From positions 484,899-548,898 of the forward strand of contig PMSM01000002.1 of NCBI GenBank assembly GCA_003168335.1: DNA of 64,000 nucleotides, given 5' to 3'. The DNA comes from Blastocatellia bacterium (lineage in GTDB: Bacteria; Acidobacteriota; Blastocatellia; Pyrinomonadales; Pyrinomonadaceae). Shown piece by piece: positions 60,922 to 64,000 of this stretch (positions are counted from its first letter, which is position 1; the number at the start of each line of letters is the position of its first letter). The position numbers and the translations under genes were made by a program. Under the pieces are notes generated by a model. The model saw only the letters and a program-made list of their open reading frames with translations. It was not told the DNA's origin and searched no databases.

Positions 60922-61947
60922 ATGCGCTACGTCGAAAATCCGCCAAATCCCTGGTTGACCCATTCTGTCGAGTGGATCGGCGAGCCACCTGCCGCCAGGA
61001 TTGAAGTCTTTGAAGAGACTGAGACGCGCTCGATCATCAGCAGCAACGACAGTCCGGACGTGGCTTTCGATCATTCGATCAATTGCTATCGCGGCTGTAC
61101 CCACGGCTGTACCTATTGTTTCAGCCGGCCCACGCATGAATATCTTGGCTATGGCGCGGGCACTGATTTTGAAAGAAAGATCATCGCGAAGGTGCGGGCG
61201 CCTGAGCTGCTGCGCAAGGAATTGATGAAGCCTTCTTGGCGAGGTGACGAGATCGTTTTTTCGTTTACCTCAGACCCCTACATTCCGCTCGAAGCGAATT
61301 ACAAGCTGACCCGTCGCTGTCTGGAAGTCTGCGCTGAGTTTCGCAATCCCGTCGGCATCGTCACCAAGTCGGCTTTGATTCGTCGCGACGTTGATGTGCT
61401 GCAGAAACTTTCGGCAGAGGCCAGTGTCGGAGTCTACTTCTCGATTCCGTTTGCGGACTACGCCACGGCCCGCGCGGTCGAGCCTTTCGCGCCCTCGCCT
61501 AACGCTCGCTTCGAAGCGATGAAGACTTTGGCCGACGCCGGCATCCAGGTTGGGATCGGCATTGCGCCGACGATTCCCGGATTGTCGACCGACATTCCGG
61601 GGCTGTTGCAGCGCGCCAAAGACTGCGGCGCCACCAAAGCGTTCCTTAATATGTTGCGTCTGCCCGGCAGCGTGGCTCCTTATTTCGAACAACGGCTGCG
61701 GGAAAAGCTGCCGACCAAAGCCGACCGCGTGTTGAATCGTATCCGCGATGCGCGGGGTGGTCGGCTTAACTCCAGCGTTTTCGGTGAGCGCATGCGCGGC
61801 CGGGGCCAGTACTGGGAAGCGCAGCATAAGTTGTTCGAAGTGTATTCCAAGCGGCTCGGATTCAATGAGCATCGTGCCGGCAGCGAGCGCCACACCAGGG
61901 CAAATACTTTTCGCCGGCCCACCGCGCAGGGCTCTCTGTTTGGGTGA
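60922..61947 (+). CDS. PA0069/Rv2578c-type radical SAM protein
   Basis: CxxxCxxC cluster site [15 protein letters not shown] preceded by NPW... and followed by SDPY. This is the typical architecture of the family. Confidence 0.75.
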   Translation: MRYVENPPNPWLTHSVEWIGEPPAARIEVFEETETRSIISSNDSPDVAFDHSINCYRGCTHGCTYCFSRPTHEYLGYGAGTDFERKIIAKVRAPELLRKELMKPSWRGDEIVFSFTSDPYIPLEANYKLTRRCLEVCAEFRNPVGIVTKSALIRRDVDVLQKLSAEASVGVYFSIPFADYATARAVEPFAPSPNARFEAMKTLADAGIQVGIGIAPTIPGLSTDIPGLLQRAKDCGATKAFLNMLRLPGSVAPYFEQRLREKLPTKADRVLNRIRDARGGRLNSSVFGERMRGRGQYWEAQHKLFEVYSKRLGFNEHRAGSERHTRANTFRRPTAQGSLFG

Positions 61948-62161
61948 GGCACGACTTCAACCGCCCGCGACCTCCGTTCCTTTGGGGTCCCTCAACAAAC
62001 TCCCCGACCTTCCTGCGGCACCCGATATTATGATTCCCTACTGCTTTTCTACTTAAACGCTACTTAAACTCTATCTGTGGAAACCTAACGGCATTGACTG
62101 TTATCTTATCCGTGGGGTTGACTCAAGCGGCCCTGGAGAGGTAAAAGGACAGTCGCCTCGA

Positions 62162-63376
62162 ATGTTTATTCCCGTTCGCGAACTCTGGTGGTTAGCCGCA
62201 GGCGGCGCAGGTTACGGTGCGCGTTACATGAAGTTGCGCCTCGACGCCGCGGTGACTGCGCATCGGCGTGGCCGCATTTCCGATCCCACTGGAGAACTGC
62301 TGCGTCTGCAAACTCTCTACGGCTACAATCCGCACTCTTTGGTGAGCATCGCGCCCGGAGCTCTGCTGTGGTCAACGCCGGACGTCGACGGCGCGATCAT
62401 CTATGGCGAGTTCGGCCGGGTCTGGCTGGCCGCAGGCGATCCCCTGGCTCCTTTGGAAGACATGGCCGAACTGGCGCGCCAGTTCGCCTCGTTCGCCAGG
62501 ACCAGGAACCGCGTGGTCGCTTTCGTGCCGAGCAGTGCCGGGTTCGCCCGCATGGTTGTGCCGAATGATTTCAACGCCGTGAAGGTTGGCGCGTCTCCTT
62601 ACTTCGATCTTCAGACCTGGAGTCCGCGCGGCGACTCTGCCAAGAAAATGCGCGCGGGCGTGAATCAGGCGCGCCGGGCCGGCGTCGTAGTTGAAATGGT
62701 TCCCAACGCCGTCGATGAGTTGCTGAAGAAAGAGACAGCTCAGCTTTGCCTGGACTGGTTGGGCTCGCGTCGCACGGCGACGACCTTTGGCTGGCTGATT
62801 GCGCTCGATCCTTTCCTGCATTCGGAATACAAGAAATATTTCGCCGCGCGGGTCAACGGCAAACTCGTGGGCTTTCTTGCCGCCAGTCCCATCCCTGCGC
62901 GCAAAGGCTGGTACCTGGAAGATGTCCTGCGCGAGCCCGATGCGCCGCACGGCACCTCGACACTTTTGGTGGTTGAAGCGTTGGCAAAGTTGAAAGCCGA
63001 GGGTGCCGTGTTGGCCACGCTGGGAACATCTCCGCTGACGACCGATGGCCCTAACGATCTGCCCACCGAACATCGAGTAGTCTCGCGCGCTCTCACAGTG
63101 GCTTCGCACCGGCTGGGCGGTTTCTATAACTTCGAAGGACTGCGTCGCTTCAAAGGAAAGTTCGTGCCGAGCTGGTGGGAGAGCGAGTATGCTCTGGGCC
63201 AGGGCGGCGTGGCCATGCCGCCGCGCATAGGCCATGCGATCGTGCGCGCACTGGTGCCGGGCGGCCTCACGCAAATACTCACGCGCCAAGCTCTGCGAGT
63301 CATTCGTGGCTCAGCCAAGTTGGAAAATGTAACCAAATCCCGCTCTTCATCGTCTAAACCTGCGAGTAAGAAGTAA
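62162..63376 (+). CDS. Stand-alone DUF2156 protein (aminoacyl-phosphatidylglycerol synthase C-terminal-domain-like)
   Basis: LQTLYGYNPHSLVSI.PG...W......GAIIYGEFGRVWLAAGDPL and FYNFEGLRRFKGKF.P.W match the MprF/LPG-synthase catalytic domain pattern. The start is uncertain (ATG 62162 or 62228). Confidence 0.65.
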   Translation: MFIPVRELWWLAAGGAGYGARYMKLRLDAAVTAHRRGRISDPTGELLRLQTLYGYNPHSLVSIAPGALLWSTPDVDGAIIYGEFGRVWLAAGDPLAPLEDMAELARQFASFARTRNRVVAFVPSSAGFARMVVPNDFNAVKVGASPYFDLQTWSPRGDSAKKMRAGVNQARRAGVVVEMVPNAVDELLKKETAQLCLDWLGSRRTATTFGWLIALDPFLHSEYKKYFAARVNGKLVGFLAASPIPARKGWYLEDVLREPDAPHGTSTLLVVEALAKLKAEGAVLATLGTSPLTTDGPNDLPTEHRVVSRALTVASHRLGGFYNFEGLRRFKGKFVPSWWESEYALGQGGVAMPPRIGHAIVRALVPGGLTQILTRQALRVIRGSAKLENVTKSRSSSSKPASKK

Positions 63377-63499
63377 TGTTTGTAGCGCCAGCTGTAGCTT
63401 GCGCCATTCGCGCCCCTCCAAGTTGAACGCGGATCTCGTGGAAGTTTTCATCTGGGAAGCTTCGCGTTCTTTGCTTGTCCGCGGTGAAAGATTCTTCTT

Positions 63500-64000
63500 G
63501 TGAACGTTACCGGACGACTAAAGCAGCGCTACATCGCTTCCCGCGTTGCCCACCGGTATCCGCATGCCCGGTCGAAATTCGTTACCGTTGACGAAGCGCG
63601 TCTGCACTTTGTGATCAAAGGCGCCGGCCGTCCTATCGTTTTGATTCACGGCAATCCCGGTTCTTGTCGGGATTGGGCGAGGTTGTACGGGCCGCTCTCG
63701 ACGCGTTATTGCGGGTTCGCCTTCGATCGCCCCGGCCACGGTCACAGCGACCGTCCCAATCACCGCCCCATTACGGTCGATGTCCAGGCGCAGATGCTGC
63801 ACACCGCGCTCAAGGCACTCAACGTCGAACAACCGATTCTGGTTGGTCATTCATGGGGTGGAGCTTTGGCCCTGGCGTACGCGCTGGAGTTTCAGGACGA
63901 TATGGCCGGCCTGGTGCTGCTCGCGCCCGCGGCTTATGAGAGTGATGACGGTGTTTCGTTCCTGACCAAGCTGCCCGCGCTGCCCATCGTCGGCGATCTG
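63500..64000 (+). CDS. Alpha/beta hydrolase (3' end outside the window)
   Basis: The frame is open from GTG 63500 to the window edge. HFVIKGAGRPIVLIHGNPGS... and the nucleophile elbow LVGHSWGG are present. The gene is not in the ORF track because it is truncated. Confidence 0.7.
   Translation, partial: MNVTGRLKQRYIASRVAHRYPHARSKFVTVDEARLHFVIKGAGRPIVLIHGNPGSCRDWARLYGPLSTRYCGFAFDRPGHGHSDRPNHRPITVDVQAQMLHTALKALNVEQPILVGHSWGGALALAYALEFQDDMAGLVLLAPAAYESDDGVSFLTKLPALPIVGDL

Noticed and set aside
62372-63289. 305-aa minus-strand ORF
   Set aside because: It is antisense to the DUF2156 gene, which has recognisable family motifs. Its composition is Arg/Ala-rich and typical of an antisense GC-rich frame.
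63518-63850. 110-aa minus-strand ORF
   Set aside because: It is antisense to the open-ended alpha/beta hydrolase frame, which carries the HGNPGS and GHSWGG motifs.

Overview
This is a 64-kb chromosomal segment from a moderately GC-rich Gram-negative bacterium. The gene content suggests Acidobacteriota: an Oar-like TonB-dependent receptor with an N-terminal carboxypeptidase-regulatory-like domain, pilin-like proteins and many signal-peptide hydrolases. That assignment is inference only. I can support about 50 protein-coding genes. I saw no rRNA, tRNA, CRISPR array, transposase or integrase.

Main gene blocks:
- **1-14.2 kb:** HGSNAT-like acetyltransferase, secreted D-aminoacylase, a stand-alone murE, an APC permease, and a fused GlcD-GlcE glycolate oxidase. 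GlcD-GlcE is separated from glcF by ggt and an AT-rich hicAB toxin-antitoxin pair.
- **14.2-29.5 kb:** a long co-directional minus-strand array that reads like a peptidoglycan/MurNAc salvage system. In order it holds a BadF-type kinase, murQ, a Na+/solute symporter, a two-domain nagZ, an AmiE-like::NamZ fusion, a CADD-like diiron protein, a TonB-dependent receptor and nagA. A divergent LysR regulator sits upstream.
- **29.5-40 kb:** class V aminotransferase, glgB, GH57, a ROK glucokinase and a XylFGH-like sugar ABC importer.
- **40-49 kb:** cytochrome c, a mini-GntR, a PlsC-like acyltransferase, a GNAT, an S9 peptidase, two tandem Cys-rich membrane-anchored paralogues, an anchored pilin-like protein, DUF2071 and a methyltransferase.
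- **50-57 kb:** ATP-grasp ligase, 4CL-like CoA ligase, an NTF2-like protein, a fold-III PLP decarboxylase and an APC transporter.
- **57-64 kb:** class-A beta-lactamase-like hydrolase, PhyH dioxygenase, arylamine N-acetyltransferase, an orphan exbD, a PA0069-type radical SAM protein, stand-alone DUF2156 and an alpha/beta hydrolase.

The most unusual sequence-level signal is that many of the longer intergenic spacers are filled with nested, BIME/REP-like composite palindromes. There are at least four families, and their hairpin stems differ between copies by compensatory changes.
- One perfect 66-bp palindrome sits in frame inside nagA.
- The GlcD-GlcE fusion linker contains degenerate copies of one repeat family.
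- Several stop and start codons are supplied by repeat arms.

All functional calls rest on motif recognition by eye and need HMM or BLAST confirmation.
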